Assembly: GCF_018977255.1 (NCBI RefSeq)
Contig: NW_024704743.1
Span: forward strand, 3,100,001 to 3,164,000
Origin: Callorhinchus milii
Lineage: Eukaryota
Length of the DNA stretch: 64,000 bases
Direction of reading: 5' to 3'
The translations under genes were made by a program, and so were the position numbers. Below the pieces are notes generated by a model. That model saw only the letters and a program-made list of their open reading frames with translations. It was not told the origin of the DNA and ran no database searches. Below are positions 36,400-51,400 of this stretch, in pieces (position 1 is the stretch's first letter; the number at the start of each line of letters is the position of its first letter).

Positions 36400-36440
36400 T
36401 TAATGAGATTCTCTAGAAAAAGACGGGCATTGCTCAAGAC
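36400..36440 (-). CDS. DGAT1: DGAT1 exon 3 ([13 protein letters not shown])
   Basis: 41 nt; ctttgcag|GTC ... AA|gtaagt. Confidence 0.92.
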
Positions 36441-39400
36441 CTGCAAAGAAAGGACAAGTTAATAAAACAGTACTAAAATGTGTCAGATGCAAAGTGTACT
36501 AATTGTAGGATAGCAGCCAATTGGCACACAGCAACGTCTAACACACAGCCACCATCTTTTTTTCTCTGGAGGATCGTTGGCCAGGACATTGAGAGAAACT
36601 CCCTCTATTTGATGAATACATGGGATCTTTAATATTCACCTGAATAGGCAGATGGGACCTTGGTTTCACGCACCTCGAACAATGCAATACAATTTACATT
36701 TATATAGTATCTTTCACGTTGGGAGAATGTCTCAAAGTGCTCAACAAATGCTGGCTGGGCAGCTGAGAGGGAAGGTCAAAGCGGTCTTGAGATGAATATT
36801 GAATGAGGAAGCAAGTCAGAGGGACTCCAGGATGGAGTTCCAGAGTGCGGGGGATGAAAGCCCACCTGACGATGGTAGGACAGATAACAAGAACAACAAA
36901 ATTACATTGCTATAGCGCCTTTCACATTGGAACGACGTACAGATACGGCGGGGCACATGATTCATAGCGGAGGGAGCAGCCCTGTTGGAATAGTTTGAGG
37001 TCTCAGAGGAAGCGGGGGGTGAGACCGAGAAGGGATTTGAAAGAAATGACCTTGAACTCAAACTGCCTGGGAAGCCAATCAAGAATGGGAGCATAAGAGT
37101 CTGTTGAGGGAGAGGACACGTCTGGATAGTCTGCAGCTTGTGTAGGTGAGATCGGGGAGACCGGCGAGCAGGGAGTTGGTGTAGTTGAGCCTGGATGTAC
37201 TAAAAGTGTAGAAGAGTGTCTTGGCGGGCTAAGGGGAGAGGTAGTGGCGGAAGCAGGCAATAATAATCCTTGCATTTGATTATAGCACCGTATCACATCT
37301 TTGAGACGTCTTATAAAGCGCTTCACTGAACATACTATGAAGTGAATTGACTGTATATTTTGCAGGAGAAATCCGGCGGCCAATTGCACACGGCAGTCGT
37401 GGATTGAGTCATCACATTATTATTATTTGAAGGGATTATTACCTCCAGAAAAGTGATCTGCCAATCGACTAACAACCAGGTTCCTAATTACTGCTAGGTA
37501 AACAGAGGCGAGTGGAGTGACAAAACTTGCCTGATATTACGCCCTGCTTGGGAATTGAGGCTAGGTCATCTCGCTTGCGAGATGAGCCTCTAACCCCTAA
37601 GCTACAACCACTGACATATTAACTCAACAGGCACACCCGTATCACACCCAGTCAATTCAATTCTCGGAATTATAACAAAAGGGCAGTTCATTACAAAATC
37701 GTCTCTGGAAAGTGCAACATAGCTCTTTATCCTGTGTGCAATGGGTTTCAAAGCACTTCACGGAACGAGTGTGAAGTGTCTACAAGCAAGTTGGTGTGTG
37801 TGTGTGTGTGGGGGGTGGGGGTGGGGAGAGAGAGACAAGGAAAGGAGGAAGAGACACCTGGGTTCAATTCCAGGCAGGGTGAAACCTTGGGCAAGTTTCC
37901 TTACTCCACACTCCTAAATAATAATCCCTACAAAACAAAAAAAAAAAAATTTTCAATCCACAATTGTTTGTGGGACGCTGCTGTGCGCAATTGGCTGCCG
38001 CGTTTCGCCCACAAATATACGGTCAATTCATGTTACAGGATATAGAAGATGTGAAAAGTGCTATATCAAATGCAAGGATTAATATTACTGTTAAGAGAAC
38101 AGGAAGAATAGTTGGAAATAGGTTAGAAAACAGGAAGAGGGTGTGTGGCAATTTCAGAGAGCGAGGGCATAGTGGAATTGAAAGTTTCCCACCGCGGAAG
38201 ACCACCCCGACCTTTTATTTGTGAGTGTAAAGGGTTAATCCGCTTCTCCTATAGTCAGAATATATCAGGGCTGCTTGAGCCACTTACTAATCAGAAAGGG
38301 TGCAGTTACGTGCAAAACTGAATGTAAATCACTTCTGAAAGTTTAATGATCATCAGTGTGTTGTCAGATTATTCCCAGTAACATGTCTGGCACTGCACGT
38401 ATCAAAGAACTACAAACCCATTAATAATAATAATAATCTGTGCATTTGATAGAGTACCTTATCACGTTGTTGATACGTCTCAAATCGCTTTACAGAATAT
38501 ATTGTAAATTGTAATGACTGTGTACTTTGTGGGCCAAACATGGCAGCCAATTGCAAACAGTAGTGTCCCACAAACAGCTGCGGATTGTGTGACCATTTTT
38601 CTTTTTGGCCTTGGTGCCCTGGCCTCAACCTCCCTTACTGGCGTTATATTCTGTGAAGACCTTTGAGACGTCTGGAAGACATAATAAGACGCCATATCAA
38701 ATGCAAGGATTATTATTAACAAAACTTGTTCCAATTAAAAAATTACCTTTTGGGTAATAATAATGCTTTCATTTTATATGGCACCTTATCACGTCTTCGA
38801 GATGTCTCAACGTACTTCACAGAATATACTGTAAAGTGGAGTGACTGTGTATTTTGTGGAAGGCTTCCATAATGAATTGGATCTGAACCATAGGTCACCG
38901 TAACTGGTTCCTTCCCAGGAACATCCACTTACTGGGGTTACATTACGACATGGCAGCAATAGGGCCAACAAAACAAGATCCTCTGCACCATAACCTTTCA
39001 ATTTTTCTCAAATTGCTTGCTGAGTCGCATTGAAGCTCCAGAAAGAGAACAGATGGCAGCTGCACTCTGCAGCAAACACAAGATAAACCGCCAAATCCCT
39101 TTTTCCTACACTCTCCACAGGAAATGGAAGGAAAACCGGCTGACACCGCACTCAATCACTGCAAGTTTTCAGGGCCCCTGTACTCCCCCAACTCCTGTGG
39201 CAATTGCACCAAATAATAATAAGAATCCTTGCATTGGATAAAGCAGCTTATCTCGTCATTGAGATGTCTCAAAGCGTTTCACAGGATATACTGTGAAGTG
39301 GATTGACTGTATATTTTACGGGCAAAACGCAGCAGCCAATTGCACACAGCAGCGCTCCACAAACAGTCGTGGATTGAATGACCAAATTATTATTGTATTA

Positions 39401-42400
39401 TTACCCCCAGAAAGCGATTCACCAATCGACTAACAACCGGGTTCCTAATTACTGCTAGGTAAATGGATGCGTGTGGAGTAAGGAAACTTGCCTAAGGTTT
39501 CACGTTGCCCAGGAATCAAACCCGGGTCCTCTCGCTTGCGAGGCGAGTGCTCTAACAAATACGCTACAGGACTCCACGATTACAAATATACCGTAAGACA
39601 GCCCAAACACATCATTGTGTCAGTTAGACTCAGTCAGTAGTGCTCATCTTTGGTCAGGAGTTTGTGGGTTTGAGCTCCAGGTTGAGGACTCTGAGCTCAT
39701 GGGTTCACACTCCAGCACAGTATGAAGGGGAGGGTGAGACGTGCTATCCTTCAGATAGGACGTTAAACTGAGGTCCCATTTGTGTCTGTTCAGGTAGATG
39801 TTAAACATCCTGTATGACAGAGACGGGAATTTTTCCCCAGTGCCCTGGCCAACAATCCAGACAAACATAAAAGTCAGTCTTTACTTCATGGCTGTTTGCA
39901 ACCAAAAGGCAAGAGTGCAGCTATCTGTGCCAGCTGACACCTGGTAGCAGCCATAGTGAATTTGTGCTCTGCTCGCTCAATGGTTCGGATATACATTCCA
40001 TAAACGAAAGCCCGCAATAGCAATGCTCCAGCCAGTGTGACATCTTGGGTAGGATTAGTCAAAGATTTCATTAGCAAATAAATGCTCCCTTGAATCTGTG
40101 GTTAACCCGTGGCCCTCAGAAATTGAGTCAACAACCCTCACAAGTGAAATGGTCAGAAATAAAACAGGAAGCAGAATGAAGATAACCTTCGTACCAGGCG
40201 ATTGATAAAGGCAACCTTTGTCTTGGTTTGATAGAACCAAAGTGTTGAAGGCAACATTCTTTACAATAGGTGGAGCAGCATAGCGCAATCGTTTAGGTGG
40301 AATAAAACCTAAACAGAAGGTAAAATATTTGGTATTATTGGTGGCCGCGCTTTCAGCCACTACGCCCCAAAACTCTGGAACACTCTTCCTCTAGCATCCT
40401 GCCTTGCCCCTTCCTTCCCCATCTTCACCTCGCGCCTAAAGACCTTCCTCTTCGACGGGGCCTTCGGTCAACTGCCACCCAGCTCGGCCTTGTGCTCAGC
40501 CAGTCAAGCGCTCTGGGACGCTACCCTGCGCGAGGGGCACTCTATAAGTGCAAGTTGTTGTTATAAAATGCTTCACAACTTTTTTTTTTAAAAAAATCAG
40601 CTGCAAACTCATCACCATGCTGGAGTATCCAAACCAGACAGAGTTCCACATAATGCCGTACTCATGGGGATTTCCCTGTGTCTGGAACGGAATATGTACT
40701 CTTTCTGGAGGGACACGCCCCACTTACTCAATCCCAGAAAGTGTCAGGCACAGATTTATGAGAGCCAAGGTGTGGCTGTCCTAGAGTGTACTGTTGGACT
40801 TTAACCAGCTAAAGCCATATAGTTTGTTATTAAGCGTTCCATTAGGGCTTGCAAGGTTAATGGGAGCAGATTGTGAAGAATCCCCTCCAAGGCCTGCCGA
40901 TGAACCAGGCTGAGTTGTGCTGTCATCAGCAGTGCCCTGGAGTACTGTGGACCTGCCTGGCTCAGGATCCAGACGAGAGACCGCACAGAGGGTAGACTGG
41001 ATTCCGGTATTCTGTTACCAAGCATGTCACCTTCGAGTTAGCCTAGTTCCAAGATGCCCTTGCCAACCCCACCCCCCCACACCCCACCCCGAAGCTCAAG
41101 CACTACTTGTATTTACATAATACCTTTTCCTGTTGATGTAACTCAGTAATTACAGTCAAGTAGTGTGTTTCATGAGCAAAAGCGACAAGCAGTTTCTGTG
41201 CTGCAAGATCCCACAAACTGCCAGGTGAATGACCAATAGACCAATAGATCTTGCGAGATCTTTAACAACCATTCCGACTAGGCACGGACAGGATGTAGGT
41301 TAAACCTCACCCAAAGGACAGCGCCTTTGACAATGCAGCAATCCCCTCAGTACTGAGTTGACAGTGGCAGCCTTGACCCGACTTGAACACAACCATTTGC
41401 CCCGAAAGGTGAGAGCAAGACCAAGTGAGCCAAGCAGAAACCAAAGCTAGTGTCAATCAGATGCCAAGTGCTGGAGTGCCAATGCTCTGCTTGCTGAAGA
41501 AAGCGGATGGTTAACCATAGAAAACTCCTTTGATACTGAAGGAAGCCTGCTACGTTGCTGGAATACAAAGTTCTTTTGCATTCGCTTTGACAGCAAGTGG
41601 CCTGTCTAGGCAATTGTCTTGCCTTTTGGTTGCCTTGACAATTAAAACAATCAATTTTAAACTGCGAGCATAAGGAAGCTTGCTAAATAGTGGCTTTAGT
41701 TAAAAGTCTAACCCAATAGTTGCAACTGCTAAATAATATGCCCTCCATTTGATATAACCAAACAACACTGAAAATTGGGTTTAAAAAGGCACACAGGAGT
41801 TGCCTCCGTTTAAATTTTCAGACAGGCTTCCGAGTCCTTCAGACCGGGAGCATTCATGATCTGATCACTGCTCAATGGAAGTGAAATCCCTGAATGAGGG
41901 AAGAAATGAATGGAATGTTTCACTCCCGATCCAAGCTTTGAAGGAAACTTTGGAGTCCTGTAGCGTAGTGGTTAGAGCACTCGCCTCGCAAGTGAGAGAA
42001 CCGGGGTCTGATTCCCGGGCAGGGTCAGGGTGAAACATTGGGCAAGTTTCCTTACTCCACATGCCTCTGTTTCATCTAGCAGCAAGTAGGAACTTAGATT
42101 GGTGGATCGCTTTTCCAGGGTAATAATCCCTTCAAAAAATAAAAATATAAAAATAATAATAATTTGGTCACTCAATCCATAACTGTTTTGGGACACTGCT
42201 GTGCGCAATTGGCAGCTGCGTTTCGCCAACAAAATGTACAGTCAATTCACGAGGCAGGCAACTGCACACAGCAGTGCCCCACAAACAGTTGCTGATTGAG
42301 TGAATATATTTGGCAATCGACTTGGAAGAATGTTGGCCAGTGTAGATGGTAAAGTTGAGACAAGAACTTGAGAAACAGCCCCCTGATTAACAGCTGTTGG

Positions 42401-45400
42401 GTCTTGCTCTTTGCCTCTCTCTCTCTCATCCACACCACACATGCACAACATTTCTTCCAAACACCAGAAGAACTGCTCTCAAAACACAAACTGCCTCCTC
42501 CTGCCTGCAAATCAGGAGGACGATGCCAGAGACAAATGGTAATGGTGACTAAAGGCAACACAAACAAATTTGGGATATTTCTCAAAAAACAGGCAACAGA
42601 CTATTTGTAGGCGAACACAGCAGCCAAATTTGCACAATGTAGTCCCACAAAACAATCACAAAGTGAGCGACCAATTTTATCTGGGGATTGTTGGCAAGGA
42701 TATCCAGGGAAATTTGTGTCTCTTTGAGTAGTACCAGGGGGCCTTTAAAATCCACTTGAGCAGGTTTAACACCTAATCAGATTGCACCTCCAAGAATGTA
42801 GCACAGGTTGACAAGAGCCAAGGCTTGGGGAGCCCAAAATGTGCACTGGGGTAACTGCTGGAGTCTAACCAGCTAAAACACCATTGCTTGCTGATATTAC
42901 TGTCCAGCAAGGTTTCCCACTGGTCCACCCTACCCATTAAGGCTTTGGCTTGCAGGGTTAACAGGAGCTGAGTGGGATGACTCCCTGCCCCAGTGAATGG
43001 TCTGCCCTTCCGATGAGCTAGGCTGGCTGTGCGGTAATCAGCAATGCCCTGGAATACCGAGGACCCACCTGGTTCAGGAACCGGTCTAGAAACCGCCAGA
43101 GGGCTGGCTCGATTCTGACATTCCATTGCCAGGTATCTCACCTTGAAGCTAGTAAAGGAGGAGTGAGGAGAAAACAATAAAATGGTATTTCCCAATTGTC
43201 TAACATTTCCCAAGACCTCTTGTAGTGGCATTTCACTACAGCACAGCCCACGGTGAAATAGAATTTATTTTGTAACACAGATGAAGAGAAAAAAAGATTT
43301 AAGACCCCATTCTTTAAGAAAGACTGGCAGCTCTCAAAGCGAGCAGTAGCAATGACCACATTCTCTACAGCCGTGAAATGTATGCATAATTTTCTTCGTG
43401 CACAAGTGACTTTTTAAATGCATGAGATTTTGTCTCGACTTTAGCACATTCTACTTGTGACTTTGCATTGCATCATAGGCTACAAGGAACAGAGGAAATG
43501 CAAAGTACTATTGCACTCCCTTGTCTGACACTATTCCCCTCCAGACTCAACTGTACTGTCAAATGTTTCCCCAAAATACCCCATTCAATCCTCTTCTGAA
43601 CTTATATATTTGCTAATCCTATATTTTGGAGTTCTTTTTGGCTCATCCATTCTCTTAGAATGAGAAATCTATGATCAGCAGAAGGCCATGCGATGCATTG
43701 TACAGAAATAATAATAATCTTCACATTTGATATAGCGCCTTATCATGTTTCACAGAATATATTGTAAAGCGGATTGACTGCATATTTTGTGGATGAAAGG
43801 TAGTAGCCAATTGCTTCTGTGAAGTGCCCTTTCAGACGTCTCGACGACATAAGGTGCTGCAAGGATTATTATATTATTGATTATTATCATTACTAGTCAA
43901 TCCATGACTGTTTGTGGGACCCCGCTGTTCGCAATTGGCGAGGATATCAATGTTCCCATCAACGATGAGATCATTGACAGAGAGAACTTATTGGAAAGGG
44001 AGCGTACATTTTGTAGGGCAATGACATGAAGATCCATCTCTTCGCAGCTGTTCTTTTGGTCACCGATACTGAACCTCAGCCCGCTCTTCCCCCCCACCCT
44101 GCCTGAGCTTGCATGAGCAGTCAGCTGTGTACAATGCCTTGAGATCCACCCCCCCACCCACAATGTGAAAGCCACTATATACATATGCATGCTTGTTGTT
44201 AGAGAAATAAGAGATGCCAGTTGTTAAGTCTGTCATTGAATTTTGTAAAGAAACACCACCCAGTTAGCTAATGCCATTGCAAAAGTTATTTGGGGTGAAT
44301 TATTTGCACAGGACAACTGTTCCTCATCAGAAGCAGAACCATAGCTAAAATTAGCAGGAAAATGACAACATTTTGGCAGCTACTTCAGCTGACACAATAC
44401 TAAAACGTCTGAAGCAATCAAAGAATAAATGGAAACCTGAAGCAAAATAAATGAGACTCCGGGAATCAATGAGTTGGGAAATCAGTGATAAAAGGTGTCG
44501 AAAACTGGGGAAAGAGGTCAGGAGGCATTTCTTCACTCAGAATCTTGTTAGTTAGGATATGGAATTGAGGCCAAATCAACAAAATTGTTCAAAAGAAAAC
44601 TGGAAAAGCAGCTGGGGAGAGAGGTGGTAAGTGGGATTAGTAATTCAGGGAAGAATTGATACAGGTTCCAGACTACTTAAATGCAAGTTGTTGTTTTCCA
44701 CCGGTTAATTCTTTATCTGGGTTCAAGAGTTAAGACCACAGCCTCCATTTCCCCGCTAGATAGTTCCGCTGTTGGAACATAACTCACCAGCATTACCACG
44801 CACCAGTTGAGGATTCCTCTGTAATTACTGTATCCACTTGCTGAGCTGAGCAACGACTCCTGCAGCCTGTGACAACTAGGACAGAGGAAAGCAAAAGTCA
44901 GTCCACATTTTCTTAACAGGAGCACGAAGATCCAGATGAGGTTTGACTAGACAACTGAGTAGCCAGGGGCAACTGTAACTACAATTCACAGATGCAGAGT
45001 AGTTAGCAGAATTTTAAATAAATACCTGAGGGAAGATATCAAAGAGTATGGAGACTGGAACTAGAGAGCTCTAGCGGGGGAGCGAGCACCATACTCTCTG
45101 ATGGGGAGAGAGCAGGGAACGGGATTACAGTAGAGCGCTCCAGTGGGAGAGCGAACACCAGCAGAGATGGCTTTCTGTGCTGGACAATACTCTAGGACAC
45201 TATAAACAATTGGGACTTAAATCCTTTGAACTGTACTAATCCCAACAAATAAATATTTTACAATTAGTTCTGCCCCTCATTGCCAATGTACAGCCGAATC
45301 CCCTTCCACCATAGGAGGTGGGGTGATAGGTCAGGATGATGTGAACAACGGTTTTTCCCACAAAATACAGTCAATCCTATTTGCAGTATATTCCATGAAG

Positions 45401-48400
45401 CGCTTTGAGACGTTTCAAAGACAGATAATAACAATTCTTGCGTTTGATATCGAAGTGCTATATCAAATGCAAGGATTAAATAGTTTCAAAGTTCATCACA
45501 GGGCAATGCATGTGTGCATTGTAGTTACGGTTGCCCCTGTGATGAACTGTGGTGAGTGACCATTTGCAGGCTGACATGGCAGTGCACAGAGGTGCACAGT
45601 CTAACTCTCTTGCCTCCAAGTCAAAAGCTGGAGTTGTAGCCCCACGATGGAATTTGAGCTCAGTCGAGGCTGACAATTCACAAAAAAAAAAGATTAATTT
45701 ATACAGGAAGCTTCACTTTTTCCCCACCAGACAGAGTGGTTGGCTCCATGCACAATTAATAAATAACTAAGTAGCTTCATAACAAATCACCAATGTCTGG
45801 GTTCAGCCACACCTTACACCAACCAGCATCTGGATGTAGTTACTAGAAAATAATACTTGCATATTAATATAGCGCCTTATCAAGTCTTCTAGATGTCTCA
45901 AAGCACTTCACAGGATATACCGTAAAGTAAATTGAATATATATTTTGTGGGCGCAAAGCAGCAACCAATTGCACACAGCAGAAACTTGCCTAACATCTTG
46001 CGATGCCTGGGAATCCAAACCAAGTCTTCTCGCTTGTGAGACGAATGCTCTAACCAATAAGCTACAGGATTCCGCTGCAGTTAAGCAATTAGATGGTGCT
46101 TTTCCATCTGTTGACCCTCACTGAGAAAGCCATGAATGAGTGCTCCAATGCTATCATTCCAATTACAGGAACATTTAAAGCTTTTTTTGCATCACAGAAG
46201 CCTTCAGACAGTTTAAAAAGAGAGAGATCACTAACAGACAGAAATATCAATCCATTCATTAAAAGCCATAGCTTACAAAACTGCTTATGGAAAACAAGAG
46301 GCTTATTATGTCTAGAACTCCTGTCCTAATGCGGGAAAGGGTCAATGCAATTCACAAGAACGCCAATGTAATGACTATCCTCTTAGGGCAGAAGAAAAGG
46401 TAACAGAATCTCCTTGGGCTCCTTGAACTGGCTTCAAGGCAACATGCATAGTAATGGAATATCAGAATCGAGCCCCACTCTATGGCCATCTCAGTCTGGT
46501 TCCTGAACTCTAGTCCAGGGCACTGCTGTTGACAGACCAGCCCACTATGGCTCATCGAGAGGACTTGGAGGGCCAGGGATTCCTGCCATTGCTCACTGGG
46601 GGTAGATTCTGCCCACTGATCTCTTGTTATAACAATAATAATAACCCTTGCATTTGATATAGTGCTTTTCACGTCTTCTAGACATCTCAAAGCGCTTCAC
46701 AGAAGACTAAAGTGAAACGACTGTATATTTGTGAGTGAAATGCAGCAGCCAATTGCGCACAGCAGCGTCCCACAAACAGTCGTGGATTGAAAATGACCAA
46801 TTTTTTTTGGAGGGACTATTATCAGGCGTGTGGAGTAAATAGAAAAAAGGTAATTTTTTTGCACGTTCCACAGAGCCTATCCCAATCAGATAAGCTTGCA
46901 CAAGACGGAGTTGATGTAAGCTTGAGTTGGCAAAGTCTGATTGGCCCCATTAGAGTGACTGCCTTAAGTATCACTCCTTTCAGGTCAAAACACCTCTAAG
47001 GGCTTGACATGTAATTATCATATTAATTCCATGTTTTAGTGGGCAAATGCAGTACAGTTTGAGTACAGTTAGGCTCCACAAACAGCTACAAAGTGAATTA
47101 TAATTCATCAGGAGGCATCGTCAGCCAGGATACCACCGAAAATAAAGTCCCTTCCCTTTTCCAATAGCGTCACAAATTGTGCAATATCCACCTGAACAGA
47201 CACAATCGTGAATCTCTGTTCAACTTCTCTTCTGAAGCACAGTACCTTCTACAACACAGCACTACAGCATTTTCAGTCTACCTTAAATTAACCAATGATT
47301 ATATGCACAGTACGAAGGTCAGTTGCAGAAAGAAAGGTTAACTAGCAACAACATTTGTATAGTGCCTTTCACGTCAGGAGGACGTTCCGAGGCGCAGTCA
47401 GTGTTTTGGACCCGAGCTGAGGGTCGGGAGTGGGGAGGGTGGAGGGCAGGGTGGGGGGGGGGGGGGGAGCAGGGTGATCGAAAGCACGGTTGAAGAGGAG
47501 GGTCTTGAAGGAGGCAAGAGAGGAGGTGAGGCAGAGGGACTGCGGGATGGAGTTCCAGAGGGTGGGGGCAGAGTGGCAGAAGGACTGCCCATAGTGGGGC
47601 GGGCGAGGCAGGAGACGTGAAGCAGTCCGGAGCCCGCTGAGCAGAGGGAGTGGGCAGGACGGTAGGGGGGTTAGGAGGTCACAGAAACCAATAGAAATAC
47701 TGATCTAAACAAAGGCTTGTGCCAAGATAGTAGAGTGCATCAGTACTTGGCCTTCTGCCCCTCTGGCCCCACTCTCTGGAACTCCATCCCACAGTCCTTC
47801 GCCTCACTCCCTCCCTTGTCTCCTTCAAGACCCTCCTCTTCAACTGTGCTTTCGATCCCCCTTTCCCCCCCCCCACCCTGCCCTCCACCCTCCAAAAATC
47901 CAACCCCCCCCCCCAGCTCGGGTCTGGAACTGACTGTCCAGTGCCTTGGGACGTCCTGCCGACGTGAAAGATGCTATACAAATGTAATTTTGTTCTCGTT
48001 GCATAATCCAGGATACGAAATTCATACCTTAAGCTGCCTTAAACAAGCACCGAAACCCTGCTTTCAACCCAAGCTTCACATGAATGTGAAATCACTACAC
48101 CAAGAAATTCCAACAAGAAGACATAGGTTTACAGTTTAGTGTAAAGAGCAATTTGAGAACATACATCAGGAAGTAGTTATTTACCCAGAGAGTAATTAAA
48201 GACCAGAACAGGCCAGGAAAGAAACTAGTGGCCATGACACGGAATTCGTTTAAAATAAATTTTTTATGAAATTCTGATGTGAAGACGGTAGGGTGTGGCT
48301 TTTTCATACCAAACCAGTCTTGAGAGAGAGAGGTAGAATGGTGAAGTGGTTTTGGAAGGGATTCCCAGAGGGTAGGGATGATGGCTACAGGCTTTACCAC

Positions 48401-51400
48401 CAGAATCAGAAGAAAGGAGTGGGAAATCAGCAACAGACTGCCAGAAGTGCAGAGGGTATATTAAAGTATATTCTGTGATGTGCATTTTGAAATGTCTAAA
48501 ACGTGATAAGGCGCTATATCAAATAATATAATAACAATCCTTGAATTTGATATAGCGCTTTTCACGTCTTCTAGACGTGAAAATTGTAAATTGCAGATTA
48601 AAGCTTAAAATGCATTTTAAGATTAAAGATTAAATTGCAAGATTATTATTATTGAATTGAATCTGAGTAGAGTTTACAGAACGTGTGTAATATTAACAGC
48701 ATCCTGTGGTCCTTGCTCAATAAGGCTGAGAATTCAGTACTACCTTTTGCTGTAGCAATTGGGCTAAGGTTGCTCTATACTCATTTACTTAAAACTTAAT
48801 GGCAACAGGGACGAATGGTAATGAGGCAGGAAAGGTTCAGATTCCGCTTATCTTTTGGGCCTTCAAAATAGCTCACAGACCTTGGATCCCTGGATATTTA
48901 TATCCCAAAACATGACATTTGTACTAGAAAACTTCTTTCCTCCCCCACAAATGAAAGGAAACCAGAGTGCAATTTGTTCCTATGAAGTCTGACCAGAGTG
49001 AAAGGAATTCCAACACCACAGGAAAGGGGGGGGGAGGGAGCAATTACACTCAGGCATGTTCACCGAAGAGAGACTGGGGAGAAAAGGGTAGGGGCACATT
49101 CAAGCCTTGCTGGAATTCACCTTGAAAAGCCTAAAATGTCACCTAAATGTCTTCACCTGAGATAATTTTGTCTTATAATAATAATCCTTGCATTTGATAA
49201 AGTGCCTTATCACATCCTTGAGACGTCTCGCAGTATACAGTGTAAAGTGGATTGATTGTATTTTGGGGACGAAGTACGGCAGCCCATTGAGCACAGCAGT
49301 GTCCCACAAACAGTCGTAGATTGCGTGACCAATTTTTTTTTAAAAAATATTTTTTTTCCCCCGGAAAGTGATCCACTAGTAATCAACTAGCAACTGTGTT
49401 CCTACTTGCTGCTAGATAAACAGAGGCGAGTGGAGAAAGGAAACTGCCTGGGAATCGAACCCGAGTCCTCTCGCTTGCAAGGCGAGTGTGCTAACCACTG
49501 CTCTGCAGGACTCTTAAAATGCAAGATCATATAGAATTGTGGAAAACGCTTAAACTTAGCATGAAATCGGTTTCTCTTAAAAAAAGAACCGGCTTTGAAA
49601 TTACAATTGAATTGTAGATATTAAACTCTGAGAAAAGATGGGGAACCCTTTCAGCAGTGAAGGCAGATGAACAATTAATCTCCAGCACAAGGGCTACTTT
49701 GCAGGCGGCAGTTTATAACTCCACCTCCTTTCACCACACTCCTAAAGAGACCTTTCCAAAACTCTGGCTTACCTGAATGTCTTCTGTTCTCTAACTTTCG
49801 TTCAACGTCTGGAGGCATGCTGAAGGTTACAATTCCTCAGAAAATCTGTGACCCTTACGTTGCTCCTTATGTGGATCTTGTGGCTGCTACTCTGATTACC
49901 GACACTATCGTTTATCTGCTCCCCCGAATGCTCCGACTCAACCCTTTTGGTCCTCACATGAGAACACAAACGTTTCGCATTGAAACAAGAAGAAGCTGTA
50001 TTTATGCGGGGTAGTGTCCCGGAGCACTTGATCAAAAGGCAACCCATTTGATCTCATTGTTTTAGAATTCCCACTCGACCATCCTCCCTTTATACCATCA
50101 AGCTGCTTTCTAAGAGAATCCAGTGTCCTGGTCTCAACCACTCGTCCTGGCATCTCCAGTCTAACTGTTAGTTGCCCCTTTTGTGGAAAGAAATACTTCC
50201 TGTCTTCTGTCCTCAAACTGCCCTTCAGGTAAGGGTTAAATGCAAGGATTATCGTTATTCATAACCTTGAAGCTGTTGCCTTGGTGTATCTCACTGTTAG
50301 CACTGTTCTGGGTTTACTTTCTCAAATCCATTTAAACTCTTACATACCTTTATAAGATACCCCCCCCCCCCCCCACCCCCCCCCCACCCCCGAGTCATTG
50401 TTCTTCGAGGCTAAAGAGCACGGTCTCATCTAAATTGTTCCTCATAGCACACCCGCTAACGCTGGGATTCACACTCACTGCTTGCCTCTGCATTGCACGG
50501 GCAATTTGAACCCTCCTATGTTACAGTGACATGGTCGAACTGATTCTGCAATATGATACAGCATTATATATTGCCATCTCATATTGTGTTGACATTGTGA
50601 GCAACAAATTAACTAACGTAAATAAAAGAGGGTAGAGTTCATAATCCTCCTGCTTGCTTCAAAGCCCTCCAAGACCTTGCTCCTCCCTACCTCTGTGACC
50701 TGATAACTCCATATAAGCATGTCCGTGCAGCGGGTCCTGGCCATGCTCCATGTCCCCTGTCCTGACTGCCCCACCACTCTTTGGAACTCTATCTCACATC
50801 CCTTCGACTCCCTCCGTCTCTGAACTCCTTCAAGACACTCCTCTACGATTGCGCCTCGATCACCCTCCTGATCCCAACCCCTGACTGTCCAGCGCCTTGG
50901 GATGTGAAAGGTACTATAAAATGTAATTTGTTGTTGTTGTTGACATCTCTACGGCTCTCAGCTTCTCCCCCCCTCAGCATGTACCCAAACACCCCATAAA
51001 TCCATAAGGTGTAAGAGCAGGAGTAGGCCATTCGGCCTCTCGAGCCTGCCCCATTATTTAATAAGATCATGGCTGTTCTTCTAACCTAATTCCATTTACC
51101 CGCCCTATCGCCATATCACTTAATCCCTCTATCCTTTAGAATAGCCCAAACCGCCCCCACCCCCCAACCCTACTTTTTATTTCTTAAGTGCAGTACCTTG
51201 CGTTTATCTGCATCACATCCACTGATACTGTTCATTCCTACTTCTCTCTAGTTGCTGGGATTTTACTGTTGCTATAGTCTCAGTGCTGTCTCGCTGGTAG
51301 GATGGGTCTTAACTGTCCGGAACGCTGAATCAATCTGCTGTGGTTACACTCATCTTTCCTCTTCATCTCTCCACTTTCTTACTGCTAATGGTACCTAAAC

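Noticed and set aside
41952-42030. tRNA-Ala-like genes (also 6180-6258, 26583-26650 and others)
   Set aside because: Degenerate cloverleafs that continue into a shared SINE body; these are SINE heads.
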